DNA from: Anthoceros angustus
Lineage: Eukaryota; Plantae; Anthocerotophyta
Reading direction: 5' to 3'
Assembly: GCA_010909165.1 (NCBI GenBank)
Contig: VJWM01000063.1
Coordinates: 496,001-560,000, forward strand
Length of the DNA stretch: 64,000 bases
Part shown: one piece after another, positions 1-11,044 of the stretch
Layout of the letters: the number at the start of each line of letters is the position of its first letter
Numbering within the stretch: the first letter of the stretch is position 1
The notes under the pieces: generated by a model
Told to the model about the DNA's origin: nothing
The model's input: only the letters and a program-made list of their open reading frames with translations
The model's database searches: none
Translations under genes and position numbers: made by a program

Positions 1-299
1 TATCACGAGGACATGTACTGCTATTATGTTTACGGTGGAGTGACGTCCAATACCATTCTCAAGTATAATCAAGTATGCTGTTATGAGTAACACCAATATC
101 ATTTATCTTGCATACGTGATATATGGTGCTAAAGCCATATGTTTTGTAGTAGGAATGGCCGGACGAAGAGTGGTCCGGGCCGAGAATGCCCGAATCAGCG
201 TGGATGAACACCTACAAAACTCAACAAAACCAGCCCAACTAACCGTTTTCGGTGAATAAGGTTGGATTTTTCCAAAACCCTTTGACAGGAGAAACCCCT

Positions 300-2162
300 T
301 TTCGTAAAGCTATCCTACTCATGGCGGAGCCCGCTATTCTCGTGTTTGTGGATGATTTCACTAGGAAGACTCGACATATCTTATGAAGGAGAAATCCGTA
401 TTTACACTCTTCAAGGAATGGAAAGCCATGGTGGAGAACGCAAGTGGACAACGTCAAGACTGCGAGTGACAACGGAGGTGAATACATCTCCACTTTCCAA
501 CGCTTTGCAAGGAGCATGGAATTGAAGGCAACTAACCATCCTCACACACCGAGCAAAATGGAGTGGCGGAGCGCAAACTTAGGAGTCCGTGGAGGCTAAA
601 TGCATGTTACATCATAGTGGCTTGAAGTACGTTTTGGGGTGAGGTCTGTTACAAAGAACCTATGTTTTGAATCGAGTTCCAACCAAAGCTATTGTTGGAA
701 TGACCCCGAGGAAGCGTGGTCTCAAGCCCGACATAAGCCATTTGAGGATCTTTGGTTCGCTGGTTTATGCTCACGTTCAAGCAAACCCGAACAAAATGGG
801 ATCCAAAAGGCGTGAAGTGCCTTATGCTTGGATACTCTCGAGATTAAGGGCTACCGGCCATGTTGATCTTTCAAGGAAGAAGATCATTTTTAGTGGGTTG
901 TATTTAATGAGGTTGTGGAACCCATCAAAGGAGTGGGAGCTCCAACCCCATTATCATGAAGGATCCGACGGCGTTGACGACAATGATGAGGATTCTATAT
1001 GATGACACTCTTGAGCAACCCGCCCCGAGCCCAACGAACCTTCTCAACAATGCGACATAGAGGGGGAGAAAGGGAAATTCGATGTCGCGATTGGAGAAGT
1101 AGATGAAGATCAAAGCATTGTCAATTGACGAAGAAGAGGAAGCTCAAGTATTCGAGAGAGACAACCAATCTTGAGAAGATCAACGAGACAATGGAAACCT
1201 TCTAAGATCTTGGAATCCATGAATGCGTGTGTATGAGGAGGCATGGTTGGCGATGTCACAACCACAAAGCCTAAGGAAGCATTGGAAGGACCAAAGGCAA
1301 AGGAGTGGAAAGAAGCCGTGGACAAGTGAGTATAACTCTCTTCTCAAGAACAAAACTTGGGCAATCACTCCTCTACCTCACGGAAGGAAGAGCATAGGAT
1401 CAAAGTGGACATTCAAGATTAAGCGCAAGGTGATGGAAGCATAGAGCGCACAAGGCTGGTGGGAAAGGATATACACAAGTCCTGTGTGGATTATCGATAC
1501 CTTCTCCCCGCCGCTAAGATAGCATCTATCCGAGCTCTCCTAGCTATCGCAGCCGACATGGAGATACATCATATGGATGTTCGCCTGCCCTCGAATGGAG
1601 ATCTCGGATGAAGAGATCTACATGGACCACCGAGGATGTAAAATGTGGACGCGAGGGAGAGGTATGTAGGCTACTAAAGGATCGACAGCATGGATTTTGT
1701 GGTTGGATTTGCGATTGATGGGCTGGAGATGTCGATGGCCGCCCGCCTGGATATGTGCTATGCTATTTGGGGAGCCATTTCATGGAGTAGTAGGCCGACC
1801 CTCAGCTTTATCCTCTGAAGCGGAGTACATGGCAATATCTCTGTAATGCAACAATGCTAATATGGCTACACACGATTGCTCGAAGAAATGGGATTTAAGG
1901 AAGGTGCAACAACCATCTTCAACGACAATCAAGGTTGCATTTATTTAGCAAAGAATGCTACTTTCCACGCGAGGACGAAACACATTAAAGTAAAGCATCA
2001 CTTCACCAGGGAGAAAGTTCAATCCAAGGAGATAGAGCTAGCGTATTGTCCCATGCGGACATGCTGCAGACATGTTTTGACCAAAGGGTTGACTTTAGAG
2101 AAGCAATGCTAAGTTTAGCAAAATGTTAGGCTTAAAAGAGTAATCGATGTGTTGAGTGGGAG
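300..2162 (+). mobile_element. Degenerate Ty1/Copia internal region (integrase, RT, RNase H remnants) ending in a polypurine tract
   Basis: Frameshifted fragments in Copia order: integrase (FVDDFTRK..., KEWKAMVENASG..SDNGGEYIS; PDISHLRIFGSLVYAHV), RT (EYNSLLKNKTWAITPLPHGRKSIGSKWTFKIKRK), RNase H (IFNDNQGCIYLAKNATFHARTKHIKVKHHFTREKVQSKEIELAYCP). PPT GAGTGGGAG directly precedes the LTR. Confidence 0.9.
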
Positions 2163-2358
2163 TGTTAGAAATCTATAGGATTGGTGCAACACATCACATA
2201 TTAGAGTTATGAGTATAAGTCCTAGAAGTATATAGGATTATCCCAGGAGTGAGATAGGGTTTCATACTATCGAGAGTATGACAAGGCCAAAGGCTATATA
2301 TGTATGCATAGCACACCATTTCTAATGTACTGAACCTGGGAATTACTGTTTTCTAACA
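2163..2358 (+). mobile_element. 3' LTR of the Copia remnant (196 bp)
   Basis: Begins TGTTAGAAA right after the PPT and ends TTTCTAACA (perfect 9-bp terminal inverted repeat, TG...CA); internal TATATA motif. Confidence 0.8.
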
Positions 2359-2899
2359 GGTCTTTCAACTTTTATCGCGTGCCCTGCTTTGAGCATAGCG
2401 CTCTCTCCGCTCTCGTTCTCAACTGAAACGAACGAAGGGCGAGCAATATGGCCGCGGAAATTGCCAAGACAATCAGGGCGACGGGAACTAAATTAGTTTC
2501 CCGTCGCTCCCGGTGGCTCGGTCGCGGGTTGGCACGGATAAGAGAGAGGAGTATGGGACAGGAAGGCCATGCTCATGGCATGGCATGCTGGTTCGCCAGG
2601 CCGTACCCTGGCGAACCGATATTTAGGCCTAGCGGCATATCCGGGGGAGGGGCGAGCGTCAGCACTCGGCCAATTCCAGGAAGGACCTGAGACTCTGGAA
2701 GAGAGCGTGTGCACGTGGACAATTGCAGGGTGACAGCACGCCGAGTAGCCGCCGCGGAACGTCCAGCCGCGTTCCGCCCAGTTTCCGACACGGAAACAGC
2801 TGAAGAGTCACGCGTGGGCGTAGCCTCGTTCATTCGCACCTTTCCGGAGCTGGGCGCTCAGACGCTGAGATGTTGCTTGCAGGCGCTCCGGCAGCGCAA

Positions 2900-3400
2900 T
2901 TGCCGGCCATGGGGACTGCTAGCCTAGCCTGATTCTGTGGCGGCCAACCATTGCTGCCGTGGTGCGTATCGGCAACTCCGTTTGATGCTTGAGTGCATTT
3001 GCCTATCAGGCTGACATTTCGTCGGCGTCTTGATTGCCAGTGGAGTAACCCGGGGCCGAACACCGCTGCCGCCCGGATTGGCAGGAACCTGCCCTGCACT
3101 GCCCTGGATTGGCAGGAACCTGCCCTGCGGTGCGTATCGGCAACTCTGTTTGATGCTTGAGTGCATTTGCCTGTCAGGCTGACATTTCGGCGTCTTGATT
3201 GCCAGTGGAGTAACCTGGCCGAACACCGCTGCCGCGCGGATTGGCAGAAACCTCCCCTGCACTGCACTGCACTGCACTGCACTGCCCTGCGGTGCGTATC
3301 GGCAACTCTGTTTGATGCTTGAGTGCATTTGCCTGTCAGGCTGACATTTCGGCGTCTTGATTGCCAGTATAGTAACCCGGGGCCGAACACCGCTGCCGCG
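2900..3400. repeat. Modular tandem repeat array (constant ~95-bp core plus alternating linkers), 3 cores
   Basis: Core GGTGCGTATCGGCAACTC(C/T)GTTTGATGCTTGAGTGCATTTGCCT(A/G)TCAGGCTGACATTTCG...TTGATTGCCAGTGGAGTAACCCGGGGCC at ~2961, 3128, 3291; linkers include (CTGCA)n. Confidence 0.92.
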
Positions 3401-3657
3401 CGGGGGCCGGGCTTGGTTACTGTCACACCATGTCTTGAGCATCAGCAAGGAACGAGGGCGAAAGACTTGGAAGCGGATTGGCAGGAAGGCGGACCAGGTG
3501 TGTGCCGTGTCTTTGATGAAGTGTGTTTGATTCTTCGGTGCATTTCAGTGTCTCGCCCACACTTCGCGGTCGTGATTGCAGGACTGGTGCCGCGGGCTCT
3601 TGGTTGCACACTTGAGCTTGAGCAAGGAGCACGCAAGGAGCCTGGCAGGGAGCTCGC

Positions 3658-4020
3658 GTGGGAGCTACTAGCGGATTGGATTATGTGATTCCGTGTGGAT
3701 ATTCTATCATGAGTGAACGACTAGCAAACCTCCGTTCCTGCCAGTGGCCGAATACTTATGTTCAATCGCCTGGGCGGGTTTCGTCTCCAGATGAATTCCA
3801 AGCTGGCAATGCATGTGGTCCGAATGCAACAGATCGCGAGATACAAGTTCCAAGTGTCGCCATCGACATGCCCAATGGAGTGGCGGGACGAGGTGAAAGT
3901 GTCGCGATCGACATCGCGAATCTTCCAGTGGACGAACGGGAGGAACAGGTTGGGAGTGGCCAGAAGAGGTTGCAAGTGTTCTAGCGAGTCACTTGGACCA
4001 GGAAACGGATACTAAGAAGG
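3658..4020 (+). pseudogene. Truncated copy of the three-TM ORF family (N-terminal part only, TTG in place of ATG)
   Basis: Translates DYVIPCGYSIMSERLANLRSCQWPNTYVQSPGRVSSPDEFQA..., homologous to 15197-15820; lacks the TM region. Confidence 0.7.
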
Positions 4021-6129
4021 TTAAGTATCTGACTTGGCAGCATGTCCGTGTAATTGAGTCTGAGCCTGACTCTGTGACCTCACTGTTAAAAGATATTGCT
4101 CATGCTATTAAGCTGTGATCTTGATCTGTGTTTCCTAACCCATGATCAGATTCTTTACGCGGGTGACAGAGCTTTATGCAATCTAGGGAGACGAAGAATA
4201 CGTAGAATTATGAATCATTGTAGAAACGGTTTTACAGGCTGTAGGGCAACAGCGTTCAATTCCAATAGACCAGAAGATTCCAGTAGTTGGACAGTCTATC
4301 CATCACATTACGAATTCTGTCAGACCTGATCATGATGCTACACTGCCAGTCAAATGTACGTAGGCGCTATCTTTTCCAACGTCTGCCCTTCCTTGGCCAC
4401 GGGGACTGTCTGTAACACCTTCCCTGAACAGCAACAACAATTGGCGTTGATGGCCATGACCACAAGCACAACTACAAAACTCAAAATGACTTCTGGCTTA
4501 GCATGTTGTATCATGTTGAAATGCAACTGCCCGTGGCAAACAATTAAGATCTGCTCCTAGCTTGAGAGCATACGGAGTTGTTCCTTCAATCCAGCCCTTG
4601 ATCTCTTCTCCCATTTCTCGGAGGTCCAGCTCCATTTTCGGTGCAGATGAGAATGCAGGGTTCTATGACAAATTCAATGCAGTCAACCATGCTATCCCTG
4701 TTGCTGTCCATGCGAGGAACCACAATGAAAATTCAGGTTCACTTCTGCAGCACATCGCCTCCAGGAAATTTTAGCTGAGAGCTTACCAGCCAGAACGGAG
4801 TTCCTTTTTCTCCAAGGCATTTAAAGTCCATTGCCACACCTCCACTTCAGGAAACTTGGACACTGATAGCTTATAAAAGACACAATTAGACAGCTTTCTC
4901 AGAGGGTCACGGTGAGATACCTGTGTCATCAAGGCTGATTATTATCGTCATCAATGTGCATAGCATAAACTGCGCCAGTCCCTGAGTTTTGGGTCAAGGG
5001 CACATCAGACATGTCAATCACGAAAACGCTAGAAAAACATCTCCGAGAGCCAGCAGGAACAACCTACTGCATAAAGCCTAACTATTCGCGGCTGTAATCA
5101 CAAACACCTGCATGCTGGCAAAATGGCTAGGAAGGATATCGATGGCTGAGCTACACAGTAGAGGTCAACCGAGTGTTCTTCACTCAGATTTCTCACTCGG
5201 AGTCCGAGGGACCGGGACCGAATCAACCCCGCGTAGCTTTAGCTCTCTCTGAGCGGCGCAAGCAACTCAGTTTGCGCTGTTGATCAAGCAAACTTGCAGC
5301 TGGACAAGTGGCAGAAAAGAAGATCTGCCCCCTCGCATCACAACACAAAGCACAGAAATCATGCCAGGAGTGCCGCACCAGCTCGTCCAGCTGACTGGCT
5401 TCGGCTCCACGGCCACTCTAAACCTACGTCCCGACTCGGTAGTTCGGGATGTGGATCGCGCCATTTTCAACCATCGTCTGTCTAGCGATAAAGATAAGCC
5501 TGTCCTCAGATCAAAACTGGAGTGAAGACACAGGTTGAGAGTGGCTGCGCGCGAAGCAACAACGAGAAGATCAGTGCCCGGCGCGCCAGCAGTCCCGATT
5601 GCGCTGCCGGAGCGGTCGGGCACCTGGAAGCACCAAAGCGTAGCTCCGGATAGAACGTTGCACGCCAGCAATCATCCCATACACATTGATTGTTGGGTGG
5701 TCTACGTGTCATGTCTGGAGAGACGAGGTCTTCTGATGCTCCCTGCAGAGCTTTGCACGCTGGTGCCCTGCGCCAAATCCATCGATCCATCTCCATCCAA
5801 GCAGACTTCATGGCCTGAGCATAGCATGAATTTCATGGAGGCTCGTCCACCACCTGTGACAGCCCTCCCAGTTCTGGCTAGACAGCCCAGATGTGGTTGA
5901 CCTGGTCTGATTAAGCCAAGTGTACTCCTCTCATAACATGCAAAATGAAGCGGTCCTCCCGGCGAGTGGAGGACTTCAGGGTGCGAGTTTCGCCAGAGCA
6001 TTGAAACTTGAGGATGGGGAGGGTAGTCTACTCCGGCCAAGAATTTTCAGAGTACTCGACAACTCCGGCCAAGAATTTTGCGGCTGATCTTATGGTTTAG
6101 GGTTTACCACATTGTACATGCATACACAC

Positions 6130-6362
6130 ATTAGGTTTCCCTCGACCTGGCCGTGGCAGTATGATCATCTTCGCGCGGGGTTTTCTCGGAGGCACCTGTC
6201 GGTAGACACTTACAGCTTCTTGCTGTGCCCACACAAGGATGTTTTCTCATGAAACATGCCCATAAATGTGGCTCACATCCATCTTTCAGCCTTGCTTCAC
6301 TTCCCTGATACTTCTTGTCCGCAACTGAAAAACTCAGAACCAGTCATCCATGTCTGCCCACC
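6130..6362 (-). pseudogene. DYW deaminase domain remnant
   Basis: Minus strand encodes ...SLCGHSKKL* (HSEKL motif) followed by EDDHTATARS (CxDCHTAT-like); duplicate of 10470-10790. Confidence 0.65.
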
Positions 6363-6730
6363 AACTCTGTTTGATGCTTGAGTGCATTTGCCTGTCAGGC
6401 TGACATTTCGTCGGCGTCTTGATTGCCAGTGGAGTAACCCGGGGCCATGGGGACTGCTAGCCTAGCCTGATTCGCTGTGGCGGCCAACCATTGCTGCCGT
6501 GGTGCGTATCGGCAACTCTGTTTGATGCTTGAGTGCATTTGCCTATCAGGCTGACATTTCGTCGGCGTCTTGATTGCCAGTGGAGTAACCTGGGCCGAAC
6601 ACCGCTGCCGCGCGGATTGGCAGGAACCTGCCCTGCACTGCACTGCCCTGGATTGGCAGGAACCTGCCCTGCACTGCACTGCCCTGGATTGGCAGGAACC
6701 TGCCCTGCACTGCCCTGGATTGGCAGGAAG
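6362..6730. repeat. Modular tandem repeat array, 2 cores
   Basis: Same core at ~6362 (5'-truncated) and ~6501, followed by GGATTGGCAGGAACCTGCCCTGCACTG modules. Confidence 0.9.
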
Positions 6731-7189
6731 GCCATGCTCATGGCATGGCATGGCACTGCGGGAAATGGGTGCATCGCCATCGCCATGGATGTGAAAAACT
6801 AGACTAGAGACAATCGCTTTGTTATCTCTCATTATTTGTTCGCCGCGTGCGCGGTTAGGAAGTTGGTAATGCGATTTCACAACCAACGCGAATCGCAAAT
6901 CACAAATCGCAAATCGCATATCCAGTGGAGGGGCGAGCGTCAGCACTTGGCCAATTTCAGGAAGGACCTGAGACGCTGGAAGAGAGCGTGTGCACGTGGA
7001 CAATTGCAGGGTGACAGCAGGCCGAGTAGCCGCCGCGGAACGTCCAGCCGCGTTCCGCCCAGTTTCCGACACGGAAACAGCTTAAGAGTCACGCGTGGGC
7101 GTAGCCTCGTTCATTCGCACCTTTCCGGAGCTGGGCGCTCAGACGCTGAGATGTTGCTTGCAGGCGCTCCGGCAGCGCAATTGCCGGCC

Positions 7190-7700
7190 ATGGGGACTGC
7201 TAGCCTAGCCTGATTCGCTGTGGCGGCCAACCATTGCTGCCGTGGTGCGTATCGGCAACTCCGTTTGATGCTTGAGTGCATTTGCCTATCAGGCTGACAT
7301 TTCGTCGGCGTCTTGATTGCCAGTGGAGTAACCCGGGGCCGAACACCGCCGCCCGGATTGGCAGGAACCTGCCCTGCACTGCCCTGGATTGGCAGGAACC
7401 TGCCCTGCGGTGCGTATCGGCAACTCTGTTTGATGCTTGAGTGCATTTGCCTGTCAGGCTGACATTTCGGCGTCTTGATTGCCAGTGGAGTAACCCGGGG
7501 CCGAACACCGCTGCCGCGCGGATTGGCAGAAACCTCCCCTGCACTGCACTGCACTGCACTGCACTGCACTGCACTGCACTGCCCTGCGGTGCGTATCGGC
7601 AACTCTGTTTGATGCTTGAGTGCATTTGCCTGTCAGGCTGACATTTCGGCGTCTTGATTGCCAGTATAGTAACCCGGGCCGAACACTGCCGCGCGGGGCC
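7190..7700. repeat. Modular tandem repeat array, 3 cores
   Basis: Same core at ~7243, 7408, 7588; (CTGCA)9 tract at ~7539-7583. Confidence 0.92.
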
Positions 7701-7949
7701 GGGCTTGGTTACTGTCACACCATGTCTTGAGCATCAGCAAGGAACGAGGGCGAAAGACTTGGAAGCGGATTGGCAGGAAGGCGGACCAGGTGTGTGCCGT
7801 GTCTTTGATGAAGTGTGTTTGATTCTTCGGTGCATTTCAGTGTCTCGCCCACACTTCGCGGTCGTGATTGCAGGACTGGTGCCGCGGGCTCTTGGTTGCA
7901 CACTTGAGCTTGAGCAAGGAGCACGCAAGGAGCCTGGCAGGGAGCTCGC

Positions 7950-8348
7950 GTGGGAGCTACTAGCGGATTGGATTATGTGATTCCGTGTGGATATTCTATC
8001 ATGAGTGAACGACTAGCAAACCTCCGTTCCTGCCAGTGGCCGAATACTTATGTTCAATCGCCTGGGCGGGTTTCGTCTCCAGATGAATTCCAAGCTGGCA
8101 ATGCATGTGGTCCGAATGCAACAGATCGCGAGATACAAGTTCCAAGTGTCGCCATCGACATGCCCAATGGAGTGGCGGGACGAGGTGAAAGTGTCGCGAT
8201 CGACATCGCGAATCTTCCAGTGGACGAACGGGAGGAACAGGTTGGGAGTGGCCACAAAGAGGTTGCAAGTGTTCTAGCGAGTCACTTGGACCAGGAAACG
8301 GATACTAAGAAGGTTAAGTATCTGGACTTGGCAAGCATGTCCGTGTAA
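7950..8348 (+). pseudogene. Truncated copy of the three-TM ORF family (N-terminal part only)
   Basis: 132-aa frame homologous to 15197-15820 up to ...DQETDTKKVKYL, then joined to unrelated sequence. Confidence 0.7.
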
Positions 8349-10469
8349 TTGAGTCTGAGCCTGACTCTGTGACCTCACTGTTAAAAGATATTGCTCATGC
8401 TATTAAGCTGTGATCTTGATCTGTGTTTCCTAACCCATGATCAGATTCTTTAACATGGGTGACAGAGCTTTATGCACCTAGGGAGACGAAGAATATGTAC
8501 GAAGAATTGAATCATTGTAGGAAACGGTTTTACAAACGCTGTAGGGCAACAGCAAGTTCAATTCCAATAGACCAGAAGATTCCAGTAGTTGGACAGTCTA
8601 TCCATCACATTACGAATTCTGTCAGACCTGATCATGATGCTACACCAGTCTAATGTACGTAGGCGGCTATCTTTTCCAACGTCTGCCCTTCCTTGGCCAC
8701 GGGGATCGTCTGTAACACCTTCCCTGAACAGCAACAACAATTGGCGCTGATGGCCATGACCACAAGCACAACTACAAAACTCAAAATGACTTCTGGCTTA
8801 GCATGTTGTATCATGTTGGAAATGGCAACTGCCCGTGGCAAACAATAAGATCTGCTCCTAGCTTGAGAGCATACGGAGTTGTTCCTTCAATCCAGCCCTT
8901 GATCTCTTCTCCCATTTCTCGGAGTGTCCAGCCTCCCATTTTCGGTGCAGATGAGAATGCAGGGTTCTATGACAAATTCAATGCAGTCAACCATGCTATC
9001 CCTGTTGCTGTCCATCTGCGAGGAACCACAATGAAAATTCAGGTTCACTTCTGCAGCACATCGCCTCCAGGAAATTTTAGCTGAGAGCTTACCAGCCAGA
9101 ACGGAGTTCCTTTTTTCTCCAAGGCATTTAAATCCATTGCCAACACCTCCACCCTTCAGGAAACTTGGACACTGATAGCTTATAAAAAGACACAATTAGA
9201 CAGCTTTCTCAGAGGGTCACGGTGAGATACCTGTGTCATCAAGGCTGATTATGCCATCGTCATCAATGTGCATAGCACAAACTGATCGCGCCAGTCCCTG
9301 AGTTTCTCAGGGTCAAGAATACATCAGACATGTCAATCACGAAAACGCTAGAAAAACATCTCCGAGAGCCATAGCAGGAACAACCTACTCGCAAAGCTAA
9401 CTGCTTCAAGCGGCTGTACTCACAAACACCTGCATGCTGGCAAAAATGGCCAGGAAGGATATCGATGGCTGAGGCTCACAGCAGAGGTCAACCGAGTGTT
9501 CTTCACTCAGATTTCTCACTCGGAGTCCGGGAGGGGGACCGGGACCGAATCAACCCCCGCGTAGCTTTAGCTCTCTCTGAGCGGCTGCGCAACTCAGTTT
9601 GCGCTGTTGATCAAGCAAACTCAGTTGGACAAGTGGCAGAAAAGAAGATCTGCTCTCTCGCATCACAACACAAAGCACAGAAATCATGCCAGGGAGTGCT
9701 GCACCAGCTCGTCCAGCTGACTGGCTTCGCTCCACGGCCACTCTAAACCTACGTCCCCACTTCCAGTTCGGGATGTGGATCGCGCCATTTTCAACCATCG
9801 TCTGTCTAGTGATAAAGATAAGGCTGTCCCTAGATCAAAACTGGAGTGAAGACACAGGTTGAGAGTGGCCGCGCGCGCGAAGCAACAACGAGAGACCAGT
9901 GCCCGGCGCGCCAGCAGTCCCGAATTGCGCTGCCGGAGCGGTCCGGGCACCTGGAAGCACCAAAGGCAGCTCCGGATAGAACGTTGCATGCCAGCAATCA
10001 TCCCCACATACACATTGATTGTTGGGTGTGTAGTCTGTCATGTCTGGAGAGACGAGTCTTCTGATGCTCCCTGCAGAGCTTTGCACGCTGGTGCCCTGCG
10101 CCAAATCCATCGATCCATCTCCATCCAAGCAGACTTCATGGCCCTGAATAGCATGAATTTCATGGAGGCTCGTCCACCACCTGTGACAGCCCTCCCAGTT
10201 CTGGTTGTGGACAGCTCAGATGTGGTTGACTGGTCTGATTAAGCCAAGTGTACTCCTCTCATAACATGCAAAATGAAGCGGCTCCCTCCCCGGCGAGTGA
10301 GGACTTCAGGGTGCGAGTTTCGCCAGAGCATTGAAACTTGAGGATGGGGAGGGTAGTCTACTCCGGCCAAGAATTTTCAGAGTACTCGACAACTCCGGCC
10401 AAGAATTTTGCGGCTGATCTTATGGTTTAGGGTTTACACATTGTACATGCATACACACATTAGGTTTCC

Positions 10470-10790
10470 CTCGACCTAGCCCGTGGCAGTATGATCATCT
10501 TCGCGCGGGGTTTTCTCGGAGGCACCGTCGGTAGACACTTACAGCTTCTTGCTGTGCCCACACAAGGATGTTTTCTCATGAAACATGCCCGCCAAATGTG
10601 GCTCACATCCATCTTTCAGCCTTGCTTCACTTCCCTGATACTTCTTGTCCGCAACTGAAAAGCTCAGAACCAGTCATCCATGTCTGCCCACCAACTCTGT
10701 CCTGGCTCCTTCCAGGCTCCAATTCCGGCTTTCGATGCCTGCAAATCCCGTGCACGGTCTACATCTGGGCATCAGCATATACGGTCTTCC
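10470..10790 (-). pseudogene. PPR E2/PG-box/DYW remnant
   Basis: Minus strand: YADAQM*, then KAGIGAWKEPGQSWWADMDDWF (PG box, WKEPGQSWW at 10688-10714), then LCGHSKKL*. Confidence 0.72.
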
Positions 10791-10794
10791 TCTA

Positions 10795-11005
10795 GTTTGC
10801 AAATTGTTGGCAAAGGTGTCTGCAAGTGTTTTGCCTGAAGTGCTTTATGTACCTAAGCACGCTAAGAACTTGGTTTCATTAAATCAACTCATGAAAATGG
10901 ATGAGTTTCAACTTGCCATGTATGAAGATTCTTGCCGCTTGTTTCGGCGGAGTGCTCCCTCAATTTGCATCTTCCAGGATTTCTTAGTTGCAGACCTGTA
11001 TCGGC
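10795..11005 (+). mobile_element. Isolated Copia pol fragment (protease-distal region)
   Basis: Translates VLPEVLYVPKHAKNLVSLNQLMKMD..., matching the Copia LxDVLYVPxLxKNLLSVSQL motif. Confidence 0.65.
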
Positions 11006-11044
11006 CAAGGAGGAGGCCAAGGATCATCGCCATGGGTCATGAGG

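Larger units (their letters stand above)
2635..6370. repeat. Segmental duplication, copy 1 of a ~4.3 kb unit
   Basis: Collinear with 6720-10790 at a ~4290 bp offset (ORF pairs 3423/7715 and 3658/7950); differences are mostly 1-3 bp indels. Confidence 0.9.
6720..10790. repeat. Segmental duplication, copy 2
   Basis: Near-identical to 2635-6370, and extends further into the PPR E/DYW remnant at its right end. Confidence 0.9.

Noticed and set aside
2830-3448. 170-200 aa ORFs over the modular arrays (also at 6.4, 7.2 and 11.7 kb)
   Set aside because: Open only because the repeat lacks stops; frames shift between copies.
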